NCBI GenBank assembly: GCA_000004695.1
Contig: CM000151.3
Location: 6,720,001-6,784,000, forward strand
Reading direction: 5' to 3'
From: Dictyostelium discoideum
Lineage: Eukaryota
Length of the DNA stretch: 64,000 nucleotides
Of this stretch, positions 1 through 11,900 are shown in pieces; the stretch's first letter is position 1, and each line of letters opens with the position of its first letter. The position numbers were made by a program, and so were the translations under genes. Below the pieces are notes generated by a model. That model was given only the letters and a program-made list of their open reading frames with translations. It was not told the DNA's origin and did not search any database.

Positions 1-251
1 AAATAAAATTTTTTTTAATTTTTTCTTTACAAATTATTATCATCATAATTTTTTTTTTTTTTTGATTGACTAAATTATAATTTTTTTCTTTGGATTGGAT
101 TAAAATTTTTTCCAATTTTTCCAAAAATGGAGTTTTTTTTTTTTTTTTATTTTTTTTTTTTATTTTTTTTTTATTTATTTTTTTTTTTTTTGAATTTTTT
201 TTTTTTTTTTTTTTTTTTTTTTGAAAAATTTATATTAATTCCACAGACAAC

Positions 252-1431
<1,180 letters not shown>

Positions 1432-2282
1432 AACATAATAAAGAAGTTTCTTGAAATTTACCTAAATCGCCTAGTTTTTTTTTTTTTTTTTTTTTTTTTT
1501 CGACTGGATATCAATTATTGATAGAGAATCTATGGTTCATTCAAGTATGGAAATACAATTTCAAATAATCAATTCACCTATTATCCATCTGAAATTAATG
1601 GCTTAAAACCTTAAACAGATTATGTTCAATTTAATTGTGAAAATATTGATTCACCAAATAAAGCAGCCACTACAACTATATCAATTTCCTTTTTCTTTTC
1701 TATTTATTAATAATATAATTGTTTCGTTTTCTTATATTTTAATTTTCATTTAATAAAATATTATTATTTTAATTTAATTTTTCACTTTTTTTTTTTGAGT
1801 GTCCAATTATTTTTTTTATTTTTTTTATTTAAATAATTCAATAGTAAATGGTAATTTATATAATTTACTATTTAATTATTTAATTTATAAAAAAAAAATA
1901 ATAAGAATCTGGATTCAAAGTAGAATTTTTTTCATTTCCGAGCCAGTAATCATTTTTTTTTTTTTTTTTTTGCGATTTCCTGGGAAATAAGGAAAAAAAA
2001 AATAATAAAAATAAGTGTCTTGGTGAAGTTTTTCTTTAGGAATTGGGAAAAATGAGAATTGGAAAAAAAAAAAAAAAGAAAAAAAAAAAAAAATAAAAAC
2101 TAAATAAATAAATATTTTTCTCATTTGACATTGAAAGAAAAGTTTAGAAAAATGAAACATATATTATTTTTAGTTTTATTGGTTTTAAGTTTTACAGAAA
2201 AATGCCTGTAAATATGATTTATTATTTTTTACAATTTTATTTTTATTTTTATTTCTAATCACCATAATTTTTTAAATCTTAG

Positions 2283-2768
2283 TCTTTTAACATTTATTTT
2301 TATTGTGGATATCAATATAATATAACCATTGAAACAAATAACCCTCCAATTACCCAAATATCAGGACATACCAATTTTAATATAATTGTTCCAATGACAT
2401 TTAATTCTACACACTATAGTATGGAGCTTTCATCATATTTTACAAGTTATCAAAGTTCATTCAATGTAATGGTAAGTTTTAATAGATTCGAAAGTACAGC
2501 TCAACATGTTTTTACAATTATGCCTCCAAATTTCGAAGGTGTCAAATCAATCAGTAACGATTTAACTCAATTTGAAATAATAGGAAATGGACTTAAACAT
2601 AACAATTTTTACAATTTTTTAAAAGATATTCGATGTGACCAAGATATGAGTTTTGATCCAAGTAAGGAACGTTTTGTGTGCTATTCAGCTTTTTCAAATA
2701 GTTGTTTTAGTTTTGGATATTCCAATAAATTTTTTAATTTAACTAACCAATATTTTTTTTTCTGCTGG
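2283..2768 (+). CDS. Putative internal exon of an uncharacterized, possibly secreted, protein. An upstream signal-peptide-like exon at 2152..2208 (MKHILFLVLLVLSFTEKC) may belong to it, but the splice phases do not reconcile
   Basis: Open frame from the AG acceptor at 2281-2282 to a GTATGT donor at about 2769; Cys/Asn-rich; no recognisable family. Confidence 0.2.
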
Positions 2769-4083
2769 TATGTATGCATTAAAAGTATTTTAATTAAAAT
2801 AAAAATAATTTTTTCTTTATTTGATTAACAATTTTAAAAATATTAGTACCCACTATAAATTCAATTGAAAGAATAGGTTCATTTTTACTTATTGATGCAG
2901 AATTCCATTGTCAAAACTATGTGGATAGTATTAGAAAAGGTATTTCCATAGGAGCAAGAATTATATGGTTCACTCGAGAATGCAAATAGAAATTCAAAAA
3001 CACAATACACATTTGATCCAGAATCATATGATTTCTCTATGTGCTTAGAGAATGATAATTACAACATCTCTTTGATTTCTGATATTAAATCTCAAACAAA
3101 TTATTCAAGCCATGTTATATTGTGAAAAAGGTTATAGTAATGAACTTAGTAACAAAGATATCTACAATTTCCTTATTCTCTTTTATATTTATTTTATTAA
3201 TATAAAAACCTCAATAATGTAATAAATAAAATATTTTTAATAAAATTTAATATACATATATCTTTTTTTTTATTATTTTATTTTGATTTTAAGGTGTTTT
3301 TTTTTTTTTTTTTTTAAAATATAATAAACATTAATAATTTTCAACAAAGGTTGAAATTTCCACAATAGAATAAACATTAATAATTAAAATAGATTATTTT
3401 AATGTTATGTTTTAGCTGATCTTACAATTTCTCCACGAATACAAGTAGTTCAAATCGCAAAAGACTAATAGATTTTAATCTGTTTAATTTTTTTTAAAAG
3501 GGTAAAAAAAAGATTGTTAATTTAAAAAAGATTTGTCTCTGTTCCCCTTAATATTATGAATGATCTTTTTTTGTAGCACCATAATGATTTTTTTTTATTA
3601 TTTATTAATCAAAATGTTTATCCATTAAAGTAAATAAACAGTAATTAATAAGTTAATTTATGAATTTTTAATTTTTTTGAAATAAAATTATTTTGATTTA
3701 GATTTAAATACAGATATTTTATTATAGATCATCTAATCAGAATTTTGATTTTTTAAAAAATATGTTGTTCCTATTATTGCTGTTAATGTTTTTTTTACAG
3801 AGTTAATTCTAAATTTTTTGCTTTTTTAATATATTCTAGAGTGGCTAGTTTGTACCATTAGTTGAGAAGGGTTGGGAATGATAGCTTTTCACCTGTAGAT
3901 GGTTTGTCGTTATATAATTCCAGAAATACATTATTCGTGAACATAAGGAACAAAATCAAACAGCTCAGAATATCTGGATGATTAACCAATTGACGCACGC
4001 ATAAGGAACAAAATCAATAATGGTACGAAATTCACAAACAAGATGCAAAAACTCCAATGACAGGAAAGTTCTAATTTTGAAAG

Positions 4084-4095
4084 GGATTCGAACCA
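4084..4095 (-). promoter_or_regulatory. External B-box-like Pol III element (GGTTCGAATCCC on the minus strand) about 35 bp downstream of tRNA-Arg
   Basis: Exact match to the B-box consensus GGTTCGAATCC lying outside the tRNA. Dictyostelium tRNA genes commonly carry an ex-B box 20-40 bp downstream. Confidence 0.35.
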
Positions 4096-4129
4096 GTGAT
4101 TTTATTTCGGGTTTGGTTGAAAAATTATA

Positions 4130-4203
4130 CGAGACCATCAGGGGTCGAACCTGAGACCTACCGGTTCGTAGCCGGTCGTTATATCCAACTAAACTATAGT
4201 CCC
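4130..4203 (-). tRNA. tRNA-Arg (anticodon ACG)
   Basis: Reverse complement reads GGGACTATAGTTTAGTTGGATATAACGACCGGCTACGAACCGGTAGGTCTCAGGTTCGACCCCTGATGGTCTC. Acceptor stem GGGACTA/TGGTCTC has 2 G-U pairs. Anticodon stem ACCGG/CCGGT with loop CTACGAA (U33, ACG, A37). T-arm TCAGG-TTCGACC-CCTGA. A T5 run follows on the minus strand. Confidence 0.55.
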
Positions 4204-4903
4204 TTTGATATTTTTATTATTTAAATGCCAAAATAATTCTGTTAATTCTATTATCTATTATTTCCTTATTTTAGTGACTAAATTTATTACATTTAAATTA
4301 ATTATAAAAAATCTTATATCATTTTTATTTGTCTTGACCAGTTGCATGTCAGTCAGTACAAGAGCAAAACCTCAACAAAAAAATATTTCTCAAAAAATTT
4401 AAAAAAAATCACACTAGTAAAAGTTGTATTAAAAATTAAGGCTCATGGAATTAAAAACTCTATATCATATGAGAAAAAGCATCCCTATGGAGAAGTAACT
4501 TAAAATTTCTTTATTCAATTCAAAAAAAAAATCAAACTCTTCATTTAAATAATTTATATCAACTTTTAATAATAGAAGCAAAAAAAAGATTAATTCTTAA
4601 AATGATAACCTCTTTAATTTTAAGTTTTCTTGTGTCAAACCTTATTAATAATTTTCTTAAAATTAACCATATCAAATTTCCCTAAAAAAATAAAAATAGA
4701 ATTCTATTTTGGGAAGTGTGGTAAAAAAAAAAAAAAAAAAAAAAATTTAATAAAATCGGGTGTTTGGATAAAAAAAACAAAAAATCCAACAAAAATAAAA
4801 ATTATATAAATATTTATATTATTTTTAAAAATATAAATCATATAACAATTTCTCCCAACATTTAAATTATTACTCTAAAACTATTATTTTTTTTTTTAAT
4901 AAA

Positions 4904-6110
4904 ATGTATAAAATATCATTTTTTATTTTTATGGTATGTTTATTACTGACAAAATTAAATTATAAGGTATTTGCTGATAGTAGTTCATCAAATCCAACAT
5001 TACCAACAAATTGCAATGGCGTTGAATGTCCAATGACAGTGGTCTGTGGGATAGGATATAAACCACATATACCCCCTGGTGAATGTTGTCCAACTACATG
5101 TGAATGTGATACAACCTATCAATGTCCATTACTTGGATGTCCACCAGAAACTTATTATTATACCGCTCCAGGTAATTATAATTTTAATCATCACCATTTT
5201 TTTTTATTATTAATTAAAAAAAAAAAAAAATTATTAATTTTGTTAAATTATTTCCAAGGTGATTGTTGTGCAAGTAAGTGTGTTTGTAATTCAACCTATC
5301 CATGTCCACTTTTAGGTTGTGGTCCAGGCTATACCCCTTATACTCAACAAGGTAAAATTTTGTTTTTTAATCTTTTTTTTATAAAAATAATTCATTAATA
5401 TAAATAGAAATACTTTACAGGTGATTGTTGTCCAAACAAATGTGTATGTGATTCAAGTTATCAATGTCCTTTATTAGGTTGTCCCCCAAACACAATAACC
5501 TATACCAAACCAGGTAAATTTTTTTTTTTTTTAATTTTTTTTTTTTTTTTTAAAAAACTATTAATAAATTATTTTTTTATTTTTTTATTTTTTTTTTATT
5601 AATCTAGGTGATTGTTGTCCAAGTGAATGTATTCCAGATTGTAACGAAAATCAACCATGTCCAATTTTAAATTGTGCCACAAGTTTTATACCATATACTG
5701 AACCAGGTAAATTTTTTTATTTTGTTTTTTATATTTTGAATTCATTTAAAACCAATAATTAATATTAATTATTGATTTTCATTCTTTATTTAAAAGGTAA
5801 TTGTTGTGCCTCAAAGTGTGTTTGTGATCCAACATATCAATGTCCACTATTAGGTTGTGAACCAGGTTACAAAGCCTTTACTGCTCCAGGTGAATGTTGT
5901 GCAAGTCAATGTGTTTGTGATCCAAATTATCCATGTCCTTTATTAGGTTGTGGACCAGGTTATATTGCCTATACTCCTCCAGGTGAATGTTGTGCTAATA
6001 AATGTATTTGTGATCCAAATTATCAATGTCCTTTATTAGGTTGTCCACCTTCCACAATTGAATATACTGCTCCAAATGCTTGTTGTCCAAGTAAATGTGT
6101 TCCAGTTTAA
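4904..6110 (+). CDS. Secreted cysteine-rich repeat protein of ~288 aa; 5 exons (4904..5171, 5259..5351, 5421..5513, 5608..5706, 5797..6110); eight ~31-aa modules G-D/E-CC-x3-C-x-C-x3-Y-x-CPLLGC-x-PGY
   Basis: N-terminal signal peptide MYKISFFIFMVCLLLTKL. Every intron has a GTAA donor inside a Gly codon (phase 1) and an AG|GT acceptor. Exons 2, 3 and 4 each encode exactly one module. The total spliced length is divisible by 3. Confidence 0.55.
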
Positions 6111-6245
6111 ACTAATAATTTAATTTTAATATATATATAATAAAAAAATTACTATCTATTTAAAATAATTATTTAACTGTTTTATGTTAATATATTTTTT
6201 TTTACATTTTTTTTTTTTATTTTTTTATTTTTTTTTTACAATTGT

Positions 6246-7358
6246 TTAATTATTTTTATTATTGTTATGCCATTTCATAGCAATATATGGATCCCACATT
6301 AAACCAGTTGCAGACATAGCAATATCAGCACCAGAATTTAAAAAGTCATCAAAATGCTCAGGTTTGACAATACCACCACAACCCAAAAGTTTTAATTTAC
6401 TATTTTGTTTCTTAATGATTGAAGAAGCTGTTGAAACCCAATCTAAAGCAGCAGAACGAATTGGAGCACCACAAACACCACTTGTTAAACGAGAAGCACC
6501 CAATGATGGTTCACCAGTGATTTTATCGGTGACTTTCATTGATAAAGTATTGATACCAGCAATTGCGGCAACGCCAGCTCTTTCAGCTTGTTGGAATAAT
6601 CTTTCCATTTTTTCCAAGTCATCCATAACACCAACTTTAATAATGAGTGGAATATTCTTACTCGATAACTCTTTGACCAAAGTTGAAGAGATTTCATAGA
6701 CTGCATCTGGATTATGATAGATTTGACCCTCGCCAGTGACAACATTTGGACAACTATAATTTACTTCAACCATTTTTGCACCAGCATCACATGCAATACG
6801 AACTGTATCAACAAAATCTTGAAGAAAGTCATGTGCACTACTTGCGGTACCTGTAATTGATACGATCATTGATTGACCTGAACCTAAATAACTATGTGCC
6901 AATGCTATATCCTTATAGAGGTACTCTTTTCCCATACTTGGCATACCAAATGAATTGGTAATTGCTAATTGATCCATTGTGGTTGGAATGGTTTGAGTTG
7001 CATGTAATGTTGAACCACTATCTGATTTTGTAAATTGTTTATCCTCACTTTCCAAATCTAAATACATAACATTTGGTACTGGATGACCAAAATGTTCGTG
7101 ACTTCTAATGGTCTTATATGTTGGTAAATCAAATCCTGCTTCCAATGCAAATTTAACCCATTGACTATTTAATAATGGTCCTGCTGGTACACCAATTGGA
7201 CTTGCTAATTTTTGACCTAAGAAATCGATATATTTACTTGGATCTTTATTATCATTTCTATCTACTTTTTTATATCCTTCAATGAATGGTCCATTCTCTA
7301 AATTATCTTCCCAACTTTTATTAATATCATAAATTGGTTTATTAATTGGCCATTCCAT
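6246..7358 (-). CDS. Class-1 dihydroorotate dehydrogenase family flavoprotein (DHOD/DHPD-like TIM barrel), 370 aa, single exon
   Basis: Motif 'VEVNYSCPNV' matches the class-1 DHOD active-site signature N-x-SCPN with a Cys base. 'LLGCGGIVKPEHFDDFLNSGADIAMSATGL' matches the C-terminal FMN phosphate-binding G-T/C-GGI region. Overall collinear with Lactococcus PyrDa-type DHOD. Confidence 0.7.
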   Translation of the reverse strand: MEWPINKPIYDINKSWEDNLENGPFIEGYKKVDRNDNKDPSKYIDFLGQKLASPIGVPAGPLLNSQWVKFALEAGFDLPTYKTIRSHEHFGHPVPNVMYLDLESEDKQFTKSDSGSTLHATQTIPTTMDQLAITNSFGMPSMGKEYLYKDIALAHSYLGSGQSMIVSITGTASSAHDFLQDFVDTVRIACDAGAKMVEVNYSCPNVVTGEGQIYHNPDAVYEISSTLVKELSSKNIPLIIKVGVMDDLEKMERLFQQAERAGVAAIAGINTLSMKVTDKITGEPSLGASRLTSGVCGAPIRSAALDWVSTASSIIKKQNSKLKLLGCGGIVKPEHFDDFLNSGADIAMSATGLMWDPYIAMKWHNNNKNN

Positions 7359-8447
7359 TTTTTTTTTTTTTTTCTATTATAACGAATTTGAAAAAAAGAA
7401 AAAAAAAAAAAAAAAATATAAATTTGGTAAAAAAAAGAAGTAAAATGAAATTAAAAAAAAAATTAAAAAAAAAATAAAAAATGTCGCGTTTTTTTTTTTA
7501 TTTTTTTTTAAATTTTTTATTTTATTTTTTTTTTTTTTTTTTTTTGTTGCCGAAATATATGGCAATTTCACAATCCGATTTTTTAGATCTTTTTTTAATT
7601 TTATTTATAAAAAAAAAAAAAAAAAAAAACCCTTTAATAGATATAAATCAAATATAAGTTTAATACAAAAATTAAAAAAAAAAAAAAAAAAAGAAATTTA
7701 TTATTAACTTTTTTTTTTTTTTTTTTTTTATTTATTTTTATAAAAAAACGATTTACATTACGTAGTTTAATTAATTAACACACGGAGTGACAAATTTTAA
7801 AACTGTTTCGGTTTTTTTGGACCTTCTATAAAACCGATTACGGCTATTCAAAAATCATTTTTTTTTTATTTTATTTTTTTTATTTTTTTTATTTTATTTT
7901 TATTTTTTTTTATTTTTTTTTTTTTTTCACCTTTCGTTCGCTTTTTAAAAACTTTTTTTTTTTTTTATTTTCTCTTTTTCTTTTTTTTCTTTTCTCTTTT
8001 TCTTTACTAGTAAAGAGAGAGAGAAAAAAAAGTAGTGTAAAAATTAAATAAATAAACAAATTAATTAATTAATATTTTTTAAAATTAAAATCCAAAATCT
8101 TTTTTTGTTATTTTAATATCACTATTAATAAATTTTGATTTTCCAAAATTTAATTTTTTTTTTTTCAAAATTTTCTTTTTTTAGACTGCACCCTTTCAAG
8201 TTCACACACTCCCTACATTTTTTTTAAATTAAAAATTATATTTATTTTTTAAATTTTTATTTTTTCATTATTTAATTTCTTTTTTTTTTTTAATACACGA
8301 TATTTTTATTTTTTTTCATAATAATATCAAATTAAATCTGTAATAAACTTTTTATAAATAAAATAAAAAAAAAAAAAATAAAAAAAACCCTAAAAACAAA
8401 AAAAAAACAAAACAAAACAAAACGTTCAAATAAATTATATAAATTTA

Positions 8448-8478
<31 letters not shown>

Positions 8479-8610
8479 TTTAAAAGGTATGGTAATCTTC
8501 AAATTTTAATTTCATTAAAAAATTTCATCCCGATTATTAATTTCCAAAAATTTTTTTTTTTCTTTCTCCCTTTTTTTTTTTCTTCTCTCCCTTTTTCTCC
8601 TCCTTCTCCT

Positions 8611-8646
<36 letters not shown>

Positions 8647-8693
8647 CCTTTCTTTCCTTTTCTTTTAAGTAATCCAATATATATAAAAATAAA

Positions 8694-8877
8694 ATGGATA
8701 TTTTAAATAGAAAAAAAGGTTGTTTAGTACTTGAGGATGGTACTAAATTAAGTGGTTACTCATTTGGAAGTGAAAGATCTGTTGCAGGTGAATGTGTTTT
8801 TTCAACTGGTAAGTAAATTATAAAGAAAAAAAAAAAAAAAAAATTATAATAAATAAGATTATTAATTTTCAAATATA

Positions 8878-8928
<51 letters not shown>

Positions 8929-11900
8929 ATTTTAGGTATGGTTGGTTATAATGAATCAATTTCAGATCCATCATATACTGGACAAATTTTAGTATTCTCA
9001 TTTCCATTGATTGGTAATTATGGTGTACCATCATTTAGAGAAAGAGATCCAGAATCAGGATTAGCAGTAAACTTTGAATCAGATAAAGCACATGTTCAAG
9101 CAATTATTTGTTCAGAGTATTGTGATGAATATTCACATTGGGCAGCAGAGAAATCACTTTCAGAGTGGTTAAAAGAATCAAACATTCCAGGTTTGTACGG
9201 AATCGATACACGTGCTTTGATCACCAAAATTCGTGAGAAGGGCTCTCTAAAAGGAAAGGTAATCATTGGTGACTTTGATGAAAGTAAATTGGAGTTTGAA
9301 GATATTAATTTACGTAATTTGGTTGCAGAAGTTTCAACCAAAGAGATTAAAGAATACAAAGCTGCAGAGAACAATAAGAAAACTGGCGAAAAAAGAAAGA
9401 ATAAAAAAGTGATCGTACTTGATTGTGGTATTAAAAATAATCAAATCCGTTGTTTATTAAATCGTGGTGTAGATCTTAAAGTTGTACCATGGGACTACGA
9501 TGTGGTTGCAAACGAATCAATCAATGATTACGATGGTGTTTTCATTAGTAATGGTCCAGGTGATCCAAGTCTTTGTGGAAAAGCAATTGAAAACATTAGA
9601 AAAGTATTGGCATTGCCAGTTGCCAAAGCAGTATTTGGTGTTTGTATGGGTAATCAATTGTTAGGTTTAGCCGCTGGTGCACAAACTCATAAAATGGCCT
9701 TTGGTAATCGTGGTCTCAATCAACCATGTGTCGATCAAATTAGTGGCCGTTGTCATATCACCTCACAAAATCATGGCTTTGTTATCGATTCAAATTCTTT
9801 ACCAGCTGGTAGTGGTTGGAAAACTTACTTTATAAATGCAAATGATGCCTCCAACGAAGGTATCTATCATGAGAGTAAACCATGGTTCTCTGTTCAATTC
9901 CATCCAGAAGCTATGGCAGGTCCAACCGATACTGAATATCTTTTCGATAATTTCGTTGATAACGTTTGTGGTGAACAACAACATAAATCACCAATGAATA
10001 AATCTAAAATCATCGATTGTCCAAAAGGTATCAATAAAGTTTTAATTTTAGGTTCAGGTGGTCTTTCAATTGGTCAAGCTGGTGAATTTGATTATTCTGG
10101 TTCTCAAGCTATCAAAGCACTCAAAGAAGAAGGTATTAAAACCATTTTAATTAATCCAAATATCGCAACAGTTCAAACTTCACCAGGTCTTGCCGATAAA
10201 GTTTATTTCCTTCCAGTTAATGCTTCCTCTGTTCAAAAAGTAATTGAAAATGAAAATCCAGATGGTATTTTAGTAACTTTTGGTGGTCAAACAGCTTTGA
10301 ATTGTGGTATTGAACTCTATAAATCTGGTATACTCGAGAAATATAATTGTAAAGTATTGGGTACTCCAATTGAAACTATCATTGCCACTGAAGATAGAGG
10401 TATCTTTGCAGAGAAATTATCAGAAATCAATGAACGTATCGCACCATCAATGGCTTGTAATAGTTTAGAGGAATCTTTGATTGAAGCAGAGAAAATTGGT
10501 TATCCAGTCATTGTTAGAGCTGCCTATTGTTTGGGTGGTTTAGGTTCTGGTTTCGCCGATAATAAAGAACAACTCACAGCATTGGTCACTGAAGCAATGG
10601 CAACCTCTTCACAAGTTTTGGTTGAAAAATCACTCAAAGGTTGGAAAGAAATTGAATATGAAGTTTTAAGAGATAGTAAAGACAATTGTATCACCGTTTG
10701 TAATATGGAAAATTTCGATCCACTCGGTATTCATACTGGTGAATCAATCGTCGTTGCACCATCACAAACACTTTCAGATAGAGAATATCAAATGTTAAGA
10801 GAAACTGCAATTAAAACCGTTCGTCATCTTGGTGTAATTGGTGAATGTAATATTCAATATTCCCTCAATCCATATAGCGAAGAATATTGTATCATTGAAG
10901 TTAATGCACGTCTTTCACGTAGTTCAGCATTGGCAAGTAAAGCAACCGGTTATCCACTTGCTTTCATCTCTGCCAAAGTTGCTTTGGGTTATGATTTAGC
11001 AGCATTAAGAAATACAATCACAAAGAAAACTACAGCATGTTTCGAACCTTCATTGGATTATTTAGTTGTTAAAATGCCACGTTGGGATTTAAAGAAATTC
11101 ACTCGTGTTTCCAATAAAATTTCATCATCAATGAAATCAGTTGGTGAAGTTATGTCAATTGGTAGAAAATTTGAAGAAGCAATTCAAAAAGCAATTAGAA
11201 TGGTTATGGATGGTGCAGTTGAAGGTTTCCAAGCTGGTGTTTTCCCAACCTCTGATGAAGAACTTGAACATCCAACTAATAATCGTATTTTAGTATTGGC
11301 AAGTGCTTTCAAAGATGGTTATTCCATTGATAGAGTACATCAATTAACAAAGATTGATAAATGGTTCTTAACAAAACTTAAAGCAATCATCGATTTAGAG
11401 AATCATTTATCAACCTATAAAGAACCATCACAAATTCCATCAGAGATTTTGAAATTCTCAAAACAACAAGGTTTCTCTGATAAACAAATCGCCAGAGCAG
11501 TTGGTACCACAGAATTGAATGTTAGAGATTATAGAAAGAAAATGGGTATCATTCCATGTACAAAACATATCGATACAGTTGCTGCAGAATTCCCAGCTCA
11601 AAACAATTATCTTTACATGACTTACAATGGTGAAACCAATGATGTAAATATCAATGAAAAATCTTATATCACATTAGGTTCAGGTTCATATCGTATTGGT
11701 AGTAGTGTTGAGTTTGATTGGTGCGCAGTTAGTTGTATTCGTACATTACGTAGTTTAGGTTTGAAATCAATTATGATCAATTTCAATCCAGAGACTGTTA
11801 GTACTGATTATGATGAATGCGATTATCTCTACTTTGAAGAACTCTCATTGGAAAGAGTATTGGATATCTATGAACGTGGTGGTCCAAATTCAAATCATGG

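Noticed and set aside
2152-2208. Signal-peptide-like first exon (MKHILFLVLLVLSFTEKC + gtaaat) joined to the 2283..2768 exon.
   Set aside because: The phase-2 donor and phase-0 acceptor do not reconcile, so I could not build a consistent model. Kept only as a low-confidence note.
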